NCBI RefSeq assembly: GCF_004010195.1
Contig: NC_057720.1
Location: 14,893,206 to 14,942,705 of the forward strand
Direction: 5' to 3'
Length of the DNA: 49,500 nt
Source of the DNA: Chiloscyllium plagiosum
Lineage: Eukaryota
Numbering within the stretch: the stretch's first letter is position 1; each line of letters begins with the position of its first letter. Made by a program: the position numbers and the translations under genes. This document shows positions 36,901 through 49,500 of the stretch, in pieces. The notes beneath the pieces are model-generated. The model was not told the origin of the DNA. It was given only the letters and a program-made list of their open reading frames with translations, and did not search any database.

Positions 36901-38063
36901 AGTTGAGAGCAGACAGATAGGGCAATAGTTGGCCTAGTTAGATTTGTCTCATATTTGGTGGGGAGGATAGACCTAGATAGTTTACAACAAAAACATAAAT
37001 TGAACATTTTCAGGTCCAGTGACCCTTCTTGAGTTCCAAAACCTTAACTCTGCTTTTGCTCCACAGATGCTGCCAGACCTGCTGAGATTCTCCAGTAATT
37101 CCTGTTTTGTTTCTGATTTCCAGCATTTATAGTGCTTTGGTTTTTTTTAAGGTAATTTTGAATATTGTTGAGCAGATGCCAGTGTTGCTGCTGTACAGCA
37201 ACAGTTTGGCTTTGGGAAAAGCTGGTCTTGGAGCTGACATCCTCAATACAAAGGGTAAAATATTGACAGGCATATCATCTGGATATCAGGTGGAGTGAAT
37301 TGAATTGGCTGAGATTGGCATCTGTGATGCTGTGGATCTTGTGGAGTGTGCTCCTCCAGTGAGCTGTTTAAGTATCCACCATCAATCACTGTTGGATGTG
37401 TCAGGAGTGCACAGCTTCGATCTGATGCAAATACAGATAATGCTGAAGTAATTCAGCAGGTCTTACAGCATCTCTGGAGAAAGAGAAGCAACAAAGCCCA
37501 AGTCAAACTCAAGGAACATCAACCTTATTAATGTTTCGAGTCCAATATGACTGAAATATTAACACTGTTTCTCTCTCCACAGATGCTGTCAGACCTGCTG
37601 AGTTTCTCCAGCATTTTTGATATTTGATTCAGATTTGCAGCATCCATAGTATTTTACTTTTATTAGATCTGATGTATTGGTTGGAAATTGAACAACTTAT
37701 TGTCATTCAAAGCACCACTTTCAGTCTCCTAACTCACCCTCTTCCTTAAGATTTATCCCATTGATGTAGCTTGAAATTGTCCTAATCTGCACATGTGGCT
37801 TAGTGCCAAGTTTTGCCTGATAATGGTCCTCTGAAGTGTTTTATTATGTTAAAGGCACCATATAAATACAGGTTGTTGCTGTAGCCATATTTGCCAACAG
37901 AACAACAATCTCAGAGCCCAGAAATATGACTTGATGCATTGTAATTGTCAAGAGTCAACCACATTGCTGTAGGTCAGAAGTCACATTTCGGCAAGGCCAG
38001 GGAGCGACTGCAGTTTTCATTCCCTGAAGGACATTAATTGAGCAGATGGGTTTTCTGACAATT

Positions 38064-39511
38064 AGAGTCATAGAGTCATAGAGATGTACAGCACGGAAAC
38101 AGAGCTTCGGTCCAACTCATCTGTGCTGACCAGCTATCCCAACCTAATCTAATCCCATTTGCCAGCACTTGGCCCATATCCCTCCAAACCCTTCCTATTC
38201 ATATACCCATCCAAATGCCTCTTAAATGTTGCAATTGTACCAGCCTCCACCACTTCCTCTGGCAGCTCATTCCATACACGTACCACCCTCTGCGTGAAAA
38301 TGTTGCCCCTTAAATCCCTTTTATATCTTTTTCCTCTACCTTAAACCTAAGATCTTTAGTTCTGGACTCCCCCACCCCAGGGAAAAGACCTTGTCGATTT
38401 GTCCTGTCCATACCTCTCCGACACTCCAGGGAAAACAGCTCCAGTTTTTGCAGCCTCTCCTTTAGCTCAAATCCTCCAACCTTGGCAAGACCCATGTAAA
38501 TCTTTTCTGAACCCTTTCAAGTTTCACAACATTCTTCCAATAGGAAGGAGACCAGAATTGCATGCAACATTCCAAAAGTTACCTAACCAATATCCTGTAC
38601 TGCCTCAACTTGATCTCCCAACTCCTGTACTCAATGGTCTGACCAATAAAGGAAAGCGTACTAAATGCCTTCTTCACTATCCTATCTACCTGCGACTCCA
38701 CTTTCAAGGAACTATGAACCTGCACTCCAAGGTCTCTTTGTTCAGGAACACTCCCTATGACCTTACCATTAAGTGTATATGTCCTTCTCTGATTTGCTTT
38801 TCCAAAATGCAACATGTCGCATTTATCTAAATTAAACTCCACCTGCTACTCCTCAGCCCTTTGGCCCATCTGATCAAGATCCCGTAGTACTCTGAAGTAA
38901 CCCTCTTTGCTGTCCATCACACCTCCAATTTTGGTGTCATCTGCAAATTTACTAACTATACCTCCTATGTTCACATATAAATCATTTATATAAATGATGA
39001 AAAGAAGTGAACTTAGCACCGATCCTTGTGGCACTCCACTGGCCACAGGTCTCCAGTCTGAAAAGCAACCCTCCACCACCACCTTCTGTCTTCTACTTTT
39101 GAGCCAGTTCTGAATCAAATTGGCTAGTTCTCCCCGTATTCCATGATATTTAACCTTGCTAAACAGTCTCCCATGAGGATCCTGGTCTAACGCCTTACTG
39201 AAGTCCGTATGGATCACATCCACCACTCTGCCCTCATTAATCCTCTTTGTTACTTCTTCAAAAAAACTCAAACAAGTTCATGAGATATGATATCCCATGC
39301 ACAAAGCCATGCTAACTATCCCTAATCAGTCTTTAACTTTCCAAATACATGTACATCCTGTCCCTCAGGATTCCTTCCAACAACTTGCCTACCACCAATG
39401 TCAGGCTCACTGGTCTATAGTTCCCTGGCTTTTCCATACCACCTTTCTTAAACAGTGGTATCACATTAGCCAACCTCCAGTCTTCCGGCATCTCACCTGT
39501 GACTATCGATG
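38064..39511 (-). mobile_element. CR1 RT 3' fragment
   Basis: [30 protein letters not shown]; (GACTCTAT)n tail. Confidence 0.9.
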
Positions 39512-39892
39512 AATTGGCAGTAGATGTTTTATTCATTCATAGGATGAGGGCATCTCCAGTTAGGCCAGCATTTATTGCCCATCACTAATTGCCCACATTG
39601 CTTTTGGTCTGGGTCTGGAGTCATGCTTGGGTCAGGCCAGTTAATGATGGCAGATTTCCTTCCCGAAAGGACATTAGTGAATCAGATGGGTCTTTCCAAC
39701 AATCAGAATGATTTCATGGTCATCAGTAGATTCTTAATTTCAAATCCTTTTTATTGAATTCAGAATTCACCATCTGCCATGGTGGGATTTGAACCTGGGA
39801 ACCCAGAACATTAATTAAGTTTTTGAGTTAGTAATCTAGTAATAATGCCACTAGACCATTACCTCCCCATACATAAGCTGATTATTTTGAAT

Positions 39893-40165
39893 CATAGAAT
39901 CCCTACAGCGCAGGAAGTCTGCACTGACCCTCCAAAGAGCATCCCACCCAAACCCAGCTCCCTATCCTATCTCCATAACACCCTCGTTCAGCTTGGCCAA
40001 TCCACTACACATCTTTGGACTGTAGAAGGAAACCGGAGCACCCAGGGGAAACCCATGCAGACACAGCAAGAACGTGCAAACTCCACACAGTCAGTCACCT
40101 AAGGCTGGAATCAAACTAGGAACCCTGGCACTGAGAGGCAGTATAGCTAACTACTTTGCCACTTT
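39893..40165 (-). mobile_element. Diverged V-SINE
   Basis: V-domain core at 40025-40095. Confidence 0.75.
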
Positions 40166-40464
40166 ATTGTAGGTACATAGTTACCATTAAGTTAACCTTT
40201 TTCCTTATTCCACGTTCTTGAACTAGAGGACATGATCTTAAAATTAGGGCCAGACCATTTAGGGAGATGTTAGGAAGCACTTCTATAAACAAAGGGTGGT
40301 AGTGGTTACAGAAACATTTTTGTTAAGCAAAGATATTAAGGAATATATGCCAAGGACAGGTATATGGAGTTGGACACAGATCAGCCATGATCTCATTGAA
40401 TGGTGTAACAGGCTCAAAGGCTGAATGGAATCCTCCTGTTCTCTATTTTTATTGAATCCAACAT

Positions 40465-40800
40465 TGTCCGGGAGGCCAAGTAGCAAATGTGGATGCACTG
40501 AGCTACTTCCCACTGGCAGGTAGACCACCAATGGTACTGGCACGAGTCTATAATGGTTTTAAATTTTCTGGACAGACTTCCAGTCACCACTGACAATATC
40601 TGACGTGGAAAGATCTGGTCCTGTCAAAACTGAAACAGCTGGTGGTAATGGGGGAAACATAAGGGCCGTCACAATCAGAATTGAAACCTTTATGGACCTG
40701 GAGAGACTAGATCACAGTAGAGGGATGCATATTACTATGGGGAGCAAGAGTGATTGTCCCGAGCAAAGGTCACTACCAGAAACAGGCTGCACTCCAACAT
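40465..40800 (+). mobile_element. Decayed Gypsy/Ty3 pol fragment (end of RNase H to integrase linker)
   Basis: PGGQVANVDALSYFPL at 40468-40515 and LLWGARVIVPSKG at ~40732-40770. Confidence 0.65.
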
Positions 40801-42636
40801 TACATGGCCACCATCAATAACCTCAGCAGCAACATCTTGAGTAGATTGGGGATTGGGGGAGATTGTGCTGGTCACACTCTTGGATTTGGCAACTCTTCCC
40901 TCTGTTCCGCTGAAGAGCTTCTGGAATCCTCAGCTATTAAATCTAGACAGCTGCCTTCATTTGAAGCATGTGGTCTCTTTATAATATTGGAAAACTGACC
41001 TACCTCTCCAACCCTGTCCTGTTAAACTGGGATGTTGGTGCCTTTGTGGTGAACAGTGGTCTGCAGTTTCTCTTTTCTTTCTGTTTAATTGCTCTGCGAC
41101 ACTTCACCCCCCTCCTCCCATGACTGTGCCTCTGGTTTCACTGGGTGGGGTGGGACCGAGTTGTTGGGTGTTGCAGTTGTGGTTACAATTCCACTCCACA
41201 TTTTTCTCTTCTGAGAGTGTTAAGAGTTAAAATCATGATGGTTGCAATAGATTATACAGCAGCTTATGAAAAACAACCCCCATTCACCCCACACCGCTCC
41301 TCTCTCCCAATCCTACTGACAGTCAAAGGTTCCTGAATTTAATTCCATTCTGGACTTAGATTGGCAATTATTTAGATTTTTCTTTCTGCCGACATACTCA
41401 GACATACTGATTTTCAATAAAGGGTTTGACAGCTTTAGCCACAATCTTCACATAATTTCTTCATGTCAATTTTACTGCAATTTTGCATTCCAAGCAACTC
41501 TCCATTATCCTATGATTTCTGAAACTTTGTTCTTATAATTCCATACTTGACCTTCTTAAGGATTCTCCAAAATCCACGTGAAAATTATGGACTGTTGCCA
41601 CCTAGCCCAATCTCTCTCTCTCAATATCCACCTCAACCTCCTCATCAACTTTAATCATATCAAATTAGTTACCTAATTTTAATGCTCACACTTAACTAAA
41701 ACTATTCCCAACCTTAGCTAAACCCTGTTATTCTAACCCTAAACTTATTTCCAACCTAACCCTAATTTTAAATTTAACTTGAAACCTTATCATAACCTTT
41801 ATCCCAATCCTAACTGAAACTCTCCCCTTAAGTTCAACCTAACCATTCTAATTTTAACTTTTATACAGTACTAACCGTATCCAACTTGACCACTATCAAA
41901 ATTCTAATCTTAACTTGAGAGTAATCTTTGAATATGTTACCAGGGTTTGGAAAACTTAACTTGACAAAAGTGAAAATGTTTTCCCTGAAGAATTAATTAA
42001 GTATCAATTATGCATTTAGTTTGATAAATGCAAGGCGCAAAGAATTTAGTTCTTGTGCGTTTTAAATGTTGTCTTCCTAAAATATGCAGTTTGGGAATTT
42101 GAAAAAAAACTCAACATGATTCTTGATATTGTCTAAGATAACAACAAATGTAATTAAATGTTTGAATGTTTAGTAAATGTTTAAAATTATAGTTAACCTC
42201 AGTCAATTAAAACCAGTTTTTGTTCTTTTCACCAAGTGACCACAGTGAGAAGTGATCAATTAATTTAAAGAAAAATTTAAATATCCTTTTGTAAAGGATA
42301 GGCTTCCCTTCAAACAAATGCGTGAAATCTTTCGAGCCTGTGTAATTCCTGTTTGAAGCTGCTATATTTCCTTCTTTCTTCTAAATATGGCTCATATGGA
42401 AATTGTTTTTGAGACAAACGTCATTTGGAGTTAGCATTGCAGCTCAGGAATGATAAGAAATCTCCCAAAAAGAGAGATCTAATCAATCAAACCACATCAT
42501 CTGAACTATCGTGTTCGTAATAAGTCAACATTTTACCACTGGTTTAAGAGGCTGCAAGGTGTAAACTCAAGATATTGAGCCAATCTCTATTTCCATCGGC
42601 TTTTTCTTTTCTGCTTTTGCTTTACAGGCTACAGGG

Positions 42637-44736
42637 ATGCTTACAGTGACCGAGTTCAAATGGTTGACAGATCCTCAGACGGCCTATCGCATTTTAAAGC
42701 CATGGTGGGATGTTTTCAGTCATTACATCTGCATGGTGATGCTTCTGATTTCTCTGCTAGGGGGAACACTCCAAATTGCTCAGAACAAAATGCTATGTCT
42801 TCCCTGCAAGGTAATTGTCAACAACATTTGCAAGGCCCCCTGGGAGAATAATACTAGCAGTACGGCAAATAAAACTCCTGCTCTAAATGGGATAAAAAAT
42901 TTTCTCGACAGGCAGCAGTACGCATACATCGATGCTGTGTGTTATGAAAAGCAGCTTCATTGGTTTTCCAAGTTCTTCCCCTACCTGGTGCTCTGGCAGA
43001 CTCTGCTTCTTTTGATTTGCAGCAACTTCTGGTTCAAGTACCCCAGCACTAGCTCAAGGCTTGAGCACTTCATCACCATCCTCCACAAGTGCTTTGACTC
43101 TCCGTGGACAACGCGTGCTCTGTCTGAGGCAGTTGAGATCAGTGGGGAGAAGCACCCTTACCGCAAAGCCAAAGAAGCTTCCAAACCTTCTTTCTCTGCC
43201 ACGAACTTTGAATCAAAATTGTTGACCAGCAGAGTGGAGCCCAACGTGACTGATGCCAATGAAAAGACTATCCTGGATCGAAAGGAAGGGGAGCAGGCAA
43301 AAGCTATCTTTGAAAAGGTGAAGAAGTTCAAAGCACACGTTGAAGAAAAGGATATTATCTACAAGTTGTACATGAGACAGATTATTCTCAAAGTCATTCT
43401 ATTCATTTTTATCATTTCATATATCCCCTATTATATTATTGAGATGAACTTTGATATCAATTGCAACATTGACATACAGATGTTCACAGGATATCAACAA
43501 TATCAATGTGTCCATTCCTTGGCAACTATATTCAAACTCTTAGCATCTTTTTATGCAATACTGGTTGTGATACATGGATCTCTTAGTGTCTATAGTCTAT
43601 ATTGGATGCTCAGACGCTCACTGAAGAAATATTCTTTTGAAACTGTTCGTGAGGAAAGTAGCTACAGAGACATTCCGGATATTAGAAATGACTTTGCCTT
43701 CATTCTTCACTTATCAGACCAGTATGATCCACTGTATTCAAAGCGATTCTCAGTCTTCCTTTCAGAGGTCAGTGAAAACAAGTTGAAACAGATTAACCTT
43801 AACCTGGAGTGGACGACAGAGAGGTTAAGGCATAAACTGCAGAAAAACTCTCAGGACAAGACAGAGCTTTATTTGTTCATGTTAAGTGGACTCCCAGATG
43901 CTGTATTTGAGTTAAAAGAACTTGAAGTTCTTAAACTAGATCTTCTAACTGAAGCCAAATTCCAAACAGCCATGTCTCAGCTTACGAACCTTAAAGAGTT
44001 GCACCTTTACCACACATCAACCACTGTGGACCCACAGGCACTGAATTGTTTATCTGAAAATCTGCAAACATTGCACATCAAGTTTACTGACATGGAGAAA
44101 GCCCCACGCTGGATATTTAGCCTAAAGAACTTGTCAGAACTTCATTTAACTGGCAACTTAAAAATGGAAAAGAATCACTTTGCGTCTTTAAGTGGACTGG
44201 AGAATCTAAAGAATCTAAAAGTTCTCTACTTGAAAAATAGCCTTTCTCACATTCCGGCAGTAGTAACTGGCTCAGGGCTCCTCTTACACAAACTGTCCAT
44301 TGATAATGAAGGTACCAAACTAACTGTGTTCAATACCTTGAAGAATATGATAAACCTCACAAACCTTGAACTTCTTAACTGTGACCTAGAGCGCATTCCG
44401 CATTCTATTTTTAGCTTGTACAATTTACGTGAAATTGATTTGAAAGGAAACAGACTTAAGACAATAGAAGAAATTATTAGTTTCCAGCATCTGAAATGGC
44501 TTTCTTGCCTTAAGCTTTGGCACAATGCTATTGCATATATACCTGTTCAAATTGGGACACTGGCAAATCTGGAACAACTGTACCTCAACAATAACAGAAT
44601 TGAAAGTATACCCCCACAACTTTTTTTATGTCACAAACTACGACTTCTGGATGTCAGCAATAATCACCTAATTGCTATTGGTGATGAGATCAGCAAACTG
44701 AGTCATCTACAATATCTTAACGTATCCAACAATAAT
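42637..44736 (+). CDS. LRRC8B: Main coding exon (codons 1-700) of volume-regulated anion channel subunit LRRC8, LRRC8B-like; C-terminal exon not seen in window
   Basis: Uninterrupted ORF with LRRC8 hallmarks: YRILKPWWDVF, CLPC, YIDAVCYEKQLHWF, CFDSPWTTRALSE, EGEQAKAIFEKVK, DQYDPLYSKRF, four hydrophobic segments and then LRRs (CDLERIPHSIFSL). Polypyrimidine tract and AG acceptors at 42626-27 and 42633-34; phase-0 donor AAT|GTAAGT at 44737. Family is certain; the B assignment rests on recalled B-type motifs (YPSTSSRLEHF, ILHKCF, FAFILHL). Confidence 0.93.
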
Positions 44737-45179
44737 GTAAGTGAATTTGTCCAGTTATTGCTAAAAGAACTGTATTATACAATAATGTAACTTCATTTAT
44801 TTGAAAATCTGCACCTTCTGTTTGCAATTTAACTAATTGAATCCATTTCATCATTTCTAATTCTTAAAGCTGGATGATTTTGTTTTGCTGCTTACAGTAG
44901 ATAGGTTAGATTTACTCATGACCTTTTTTCCAGGATCTTGCATTCAAGTTCCTCTCTAGAGATTTAGGCACAGAATCTCAGCTACTGCATTACCAAGGGA
45001 CTGCTGCATTGTTTGAAGTGCTGTTTTCAGGGGAATGTGAAAAGGCATGAAGCTGTCGGAGTCCAAGTAGGCCATTCAGCCCATTGAGTCTGCTCAGCCA
45101 TTCAATGAGCTCATGTCTGCTCTGATTATCAAGAACTTCTCTTTCCTGCCTCTCGCCATAACCCTTGATTCCTTTACAC

Positions 45180-46565
45180 AGAGTCACAGAGTCATACAGA
45201 CTCTATGGATCATGGGAACAGACCCTTGGGTCCAATTCATCCATGCTGACCAAGTTTCCTAAACTAAACTATTTCCATTTATCTGCATTTGCCATATTGG
45301 TCTAACCTATTCCTATTCATGTACCTGTCCAAATATCTGTTAAATTTTGTAACTGTACCTGCACCTACCACTTCCGCTGGCAGTTCATTCCATACACACA
45401 TCACCCTCTGTATTTAAACACTGCCCCTCAGGTCCTTTTTAAATCTTTCCCCTTTCAGCTTAACCCTATGCTGTCTGGTTATGAACTCCCACACGTTAGA
45501 GAAAAGACCTTTGCTATCACTTTATCAATGTTGCTCATGATTTTATAAATCTCTATAAGGTCACACCTCAATCTCTCATGCTCTAGCAACAAGAATCCCA
45601 GCCTAATGGCAAATGGGACTAGATCAATTTAGGATATTTGATCAGCATAGATGAGTTGGACCAAAGGGTCTGTTTCTATGCTGTACATCTCTATGACTCT
45701 ATGATTCTATCCCGCCTCTCCTTATAACTTAAACCCTCTATTCTTTCCAATTCAATAATATTCTACCTACAGCAGGGTGACCAGAGCTGTACACAGTATT
45801 CCCGAAGTGGCCTCACCAATGTCCTGTACACCATGACATCCCAACTCCTGTTGTCAATTCACTGACCAATGAAGACCAGTGCATCAAACTCTTTATCACC
45901 ATCCTGTCTACCTGTGATGCTATTTTCAAGGGTCTATTCATCTGCAACCTGTGCTAACAACACTCCCCAGGACCCTACCATTAACTAACTAAGTTTTGTC
46001 CTGGTTTGCATTACCAAAATGAAACACCTCATATTTGTCTAAATTATTATATTCATCTGCCACTCATTGTAAGCTTAGATTACCTTCTTCACTGTGCACT
46101 ATACCACCAATTTTGGTGTCATCCACAACCTTATGAACCACGCTTCCTATATTCTCATCCAAATTGTTTATATAAATGATAAAAAGCAGTGGACCCAGCA
46201 TCATTTGCTGTGGACACTGCTGGTCACAGATATCCAGTCAGAGAAACAACCCTCTACCACCACCCTCTGTCTCCTACTGTCAAGCCAATTTTGTATAAGA
46301 TTGGCTAGCTCTGCCTGGATCCCATGTGTTCTAACTTTCCTCACCAGTCTACCATGTGGAACCTTGTCAAAGGCCTTGCTAAAGTCCATGTAGACAATGT
46401 CGACTGCTCCACCCTCATTTATCCTCCTCCAAAAAACTAATCAGGTTTGTGAGACATGATTTCCCATATGCAAAACCTTGCTGACTATTCCTAATCACTC
46501 TCCGATAGCATGTAAGGTCTGTCTTTCAGAATCCCCTCCAACAACTTACCCACCACTGACATCAG
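45180..46565 (-). mobile_element. Intronic CR1 RT fragment with an opposite-strand CR1 tail inserted at ~45605-45708
   Basis: DFSKAFDKVPHGRL and RRQRVVVEG motifs. Confidence 0.85.
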
Positions 46566-46685
46566 ATCTTACTCAGGATTGGCTTCTGACCTCATTTGTG
46601 TTATCATTAAGACAACAAATTCCTTTCTTCATACATCAATTAATTTAATCTGTGTCTAATCACAACTGCAGCTGAAACCGTCATT

Positions 46686-46935
46686 AATAGAATCCTTATA
46701 GTGCAGATCGAGTCTGCAATGACCCTCTCAACAGCATCCCACCCCGACCCTGCTCCCTGTAACCTCATATTTACTGTAGCCAATCCACCTAACCGACAGA
46801 TCTTGAGACTGTGGGAGAAACCCTCATAGACATTGGGAGAACGTGCAAACTCCACACAGACAGTCACCCAAGGCTGAAATTGAACCTGGATCTTTGGAGC
46901 TGTGAGGCAGCGGTGCTAACCACTGAGCCACCCAT
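46686..46935 (-). mobile_element. Diverged V-SINE
   Basis: ggagaacgtgcaaactccacacag core and tRNA-like head. Confidence 0.75.
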
Positions 46936-47082
46936 GCCTTTGTTAACTCTCCACTCAAATATTCTCATGCTTCATTGGCTGGTCTCCCACATTCTACCCT
47001 TAAGACCATTAAATTTATTTGAAGATTCACTGAGCATGACTCAGCTGGTACCAAGTCCCATTACCCATCACCGCTACATTTA

Positions 47083-47960
47083 GAACACAAAACATTAAAC
47101 AATACAGCGCAGAACAAGCGCTTCAGCCCTCGGTGTTGCACAGACCTGTGAACTAATCTAAGCCCATCTCCCAACACTATCCCATCATCATCCATATGCT
47201 TTTCCAAGGATTACTTAAATGCCCCTAATGTGACTGAGTTAACCACATTGGCAGGTAGGGCATACCATACTCTTACCACTCTCTGGGTAAAGAACTTGAT
47301 TCTGACATCTGTCTTAAATCTATCACCTCTCAATTTGCAGCTACACCCCCTTATACAAGCTGACGTCATCATCCTAGGAAAAAACACTCTCACTGTCTAC
47401 ACTATCCAATCCTCTGATCATCTTGTATTCTCTATTAAATCCTTTCTTAGCTTTCTTCTCTCCAATAAGAACAGACCCAAGTTCCTCAGCCTTTCCTCAT
47501 AAGACCTTCCCTCCAGACCAGGCAACATCCTGGTAAATCTCCTCTGCACTTTTTCTAATGCTTCCACATCCTTCCTGCAATGGAGCAACCAGAACTGTAC
47601 AAAATATTCCAAGTGAGGCCGCACTAGCNNNNNNNNNNNNNNNNNNNNNTCCATTTGCCACCTCTCAGCCCAATTCTGCAGTTTATCCAAGTGCCCTTGC
47701 AACCTGCAACATTCTTCCACACTGTCTACCACTCCACTGACTTCCGTGACATCTGCAAACTTACTAACCCATCCACCTATGCTTGCGTCCAAGTCATTTA
47801 TAAAAATGACAAACAGCAGTGGTCCCAAAACAGATCCTTGTGGCACACCACTAGTAATCGGACTCCAGACTGAATATTTTCCATCGACCGCCACTCGCTG
47901 CCTTTTAACAGAAAGCCAGTTTCTAACTCAAGCTGCTAAATCACCCTCAATCCCATGCCT
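47083..47960 (-). mobile_element. CR1 3' fragment with small N gap (47629-47649)
   Basis: [28 protein letters not shown] motifs. Confidence 0.88.
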
Positions 47961-48824
47961 CTCACATTTGTGTATTAGGTGTTATTTGTAGAGGGATTGA
48001 GTTCCGGAGCTGTGATGTCATGCTGCAACTGATCACCTAAATGGCACTGTCTCAAGCAATATCTTAATCTTAAAATTTTAACTTTGTTTTCCAAATCCTT
48101 CCATAATCTCAATGTTCCCGATGTCCAACTCTTCTTTCCTGATACATTCTTGGGTTCTCTCTCCCTCTCTCTCTCTCTCTCTGTCTCTCTGTCTCTGCTG
48201 TGCCGTTGATTTGAGTTTTTCCTTCCCCGAAGTTACAAAAGTATGCAACAGCTTATAAAACAGTCATTACTGTTCCTGGAATTTGAGGAAATCACCTCCA
48301 CAACACCTACAATATCTCAAAAAATGAGCAGCTCTCACAGCCACAATTTCTTCCTGTTCTCCATCTTGGATTACCCACAATCCTCACCCTTGCTGTTTGA
48401 AGGAGCAATTTATGGAATGACGTTCCCCATCTTCTCAGACTGCTCCTGCATGTTCTTCCTTTTCAGATAATAAGCCAACTCTCTCGTGAATCCTTCCATT
48501 GGGTCACCCTCCACTACAGTCTCAGACAGTGCAATTCATATCCAGCATGAAATGGACTCTTCTCATCTCACTATTGCTTCTGTTGCCAATTACCTTGAAT
48601 TTGTGCCTTCCAGCTCTTGAACTTTCCACCAATAGGGACATGTGTCTCCTTATCTGTCCAGACTTCTCATGATTTTGAGTGTCTCTGGAATCTCCTCTCA
48701 ATCCTCCCTTCTCTGAGAAGAATAGACCCAGCTTTTTCAATCTGTTTGTGTGACTGCAGATTTTCATCCCTGCAACATTTCTCATGATTAGTTTCTGCAC
48801 CCTAGCGCATGTCTTCATTTTCCT

Positions 48825-49220
48825 TTCCTGCTATAGGAAGGATGTTGTTAAATTTGAAAGGGTGCAGAAAAAATTTACAAGGATTGGAGGGTTTCAGCTG
48901 CAGGGAGAGGCTGAATAGGCTGGGGCTATTTTCCCTGGAGTGTTGGAGGCTGAGGGGTTTATAGAGGTTTATAAAATCATGAGAAGCATGATTAAGATAA
49001 GTAAACAAGGTCTTTTCCCTGAGGTGGAGGAATCCAGAATTAAAGGTCATAAGTTTATGGTGAGACGGGAAAGACCTAAAAGGTACCCAGGGGACAATGA
49101 TTGCATGCAGCGGGTGCTGCATTTATAGAATGAGCTGCCAGAGGAAATGTTGGAGACTGGTACAATTCCAACATTTAAAAGGCATCTGGATATGTACTTG
49201 AAGGACTTAGAGGAATATGG
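48825..49220 (+). mobile_element. CR1 3' fragment
   Basis: RKDVVKFERVQKKFTR and LIEVYKIM-like motifs. Confidence 0.8.
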
Positions 49221-49500
49221 GGAGAAAGTGAGGTCTGCAGATGCTGGAGATCAGAGCTGGAAATGTGTTGCTGGAAAAGCGCAGCAGGTCAGGCAGCATC
49301 CAGGGAACAGGAGAATCGACGTTTTGGGCATAAGCCCTTCTTCAGGAATGGGGAAAGTGTGTCCAGCAGGCTAAGATAAAAGGTAGGGAGGAGGGACTTG
49401 GGGGAGGGGCGTCGGAAATGTGATAGGTGGAAAGAGGTCAAGGTGAGGGTGATAGGTCAGACGGGAGTGGGGGCGGAGAGGTCGGGAAGAAGATCTCAGG
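49221..49500 (-). mobile_element. Penelope-like 3' end running off the window; hammerhead motif 49314-49349 has a core mutation
   Basis: Same tail as 20342-20463; core reads GCCC-AAAAC-GTC instead of GCCC-GAAAC-GTC. Confidence 0.88.

Noticed and set aside
49314..49349. Active hammerhead
   Set aside because: The invariant G of GAAA is mutated to A, consistent with CpG decay.

Overview
Repeat-rich eukaryotic genomic DNA, very probably from a shark or other elasmobranch (inferred from the HE1/V-type SINEs and the CR1, Penelope and Tx1 families). There is one clear host gene segment: the 2.1 kb main coding exon of an LRRC8 volume-regulated anion channel subunit, most like LRRC8B (ATG 42637, splice donor after 44736). 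Its last exon was not found in the window. The rest is mostly retroelement debris plus three N gaps. Two systems stand out. (1) About a dozen minimal type I hammerhead-ribozyme motifs, in at least three sequence families, are carried by Penelope-like elements and by tiny 80-470 bp derivatives with 12-15 bp target-site duplications; several are arranged head-to-head. (2) At 18.3-19.9 kb, Tx1-clade LINE 3' ends are stacked at a single site inside an apparent solo LTR, with the 10-mer TAAACAGGAG or a one-base variant at all ten junctions, suggesting a target-specific retrotransposon that parasitises another transposon. Family names come from recalled motifs, not database searches, and repeat boundaries without TSDs are approximate.
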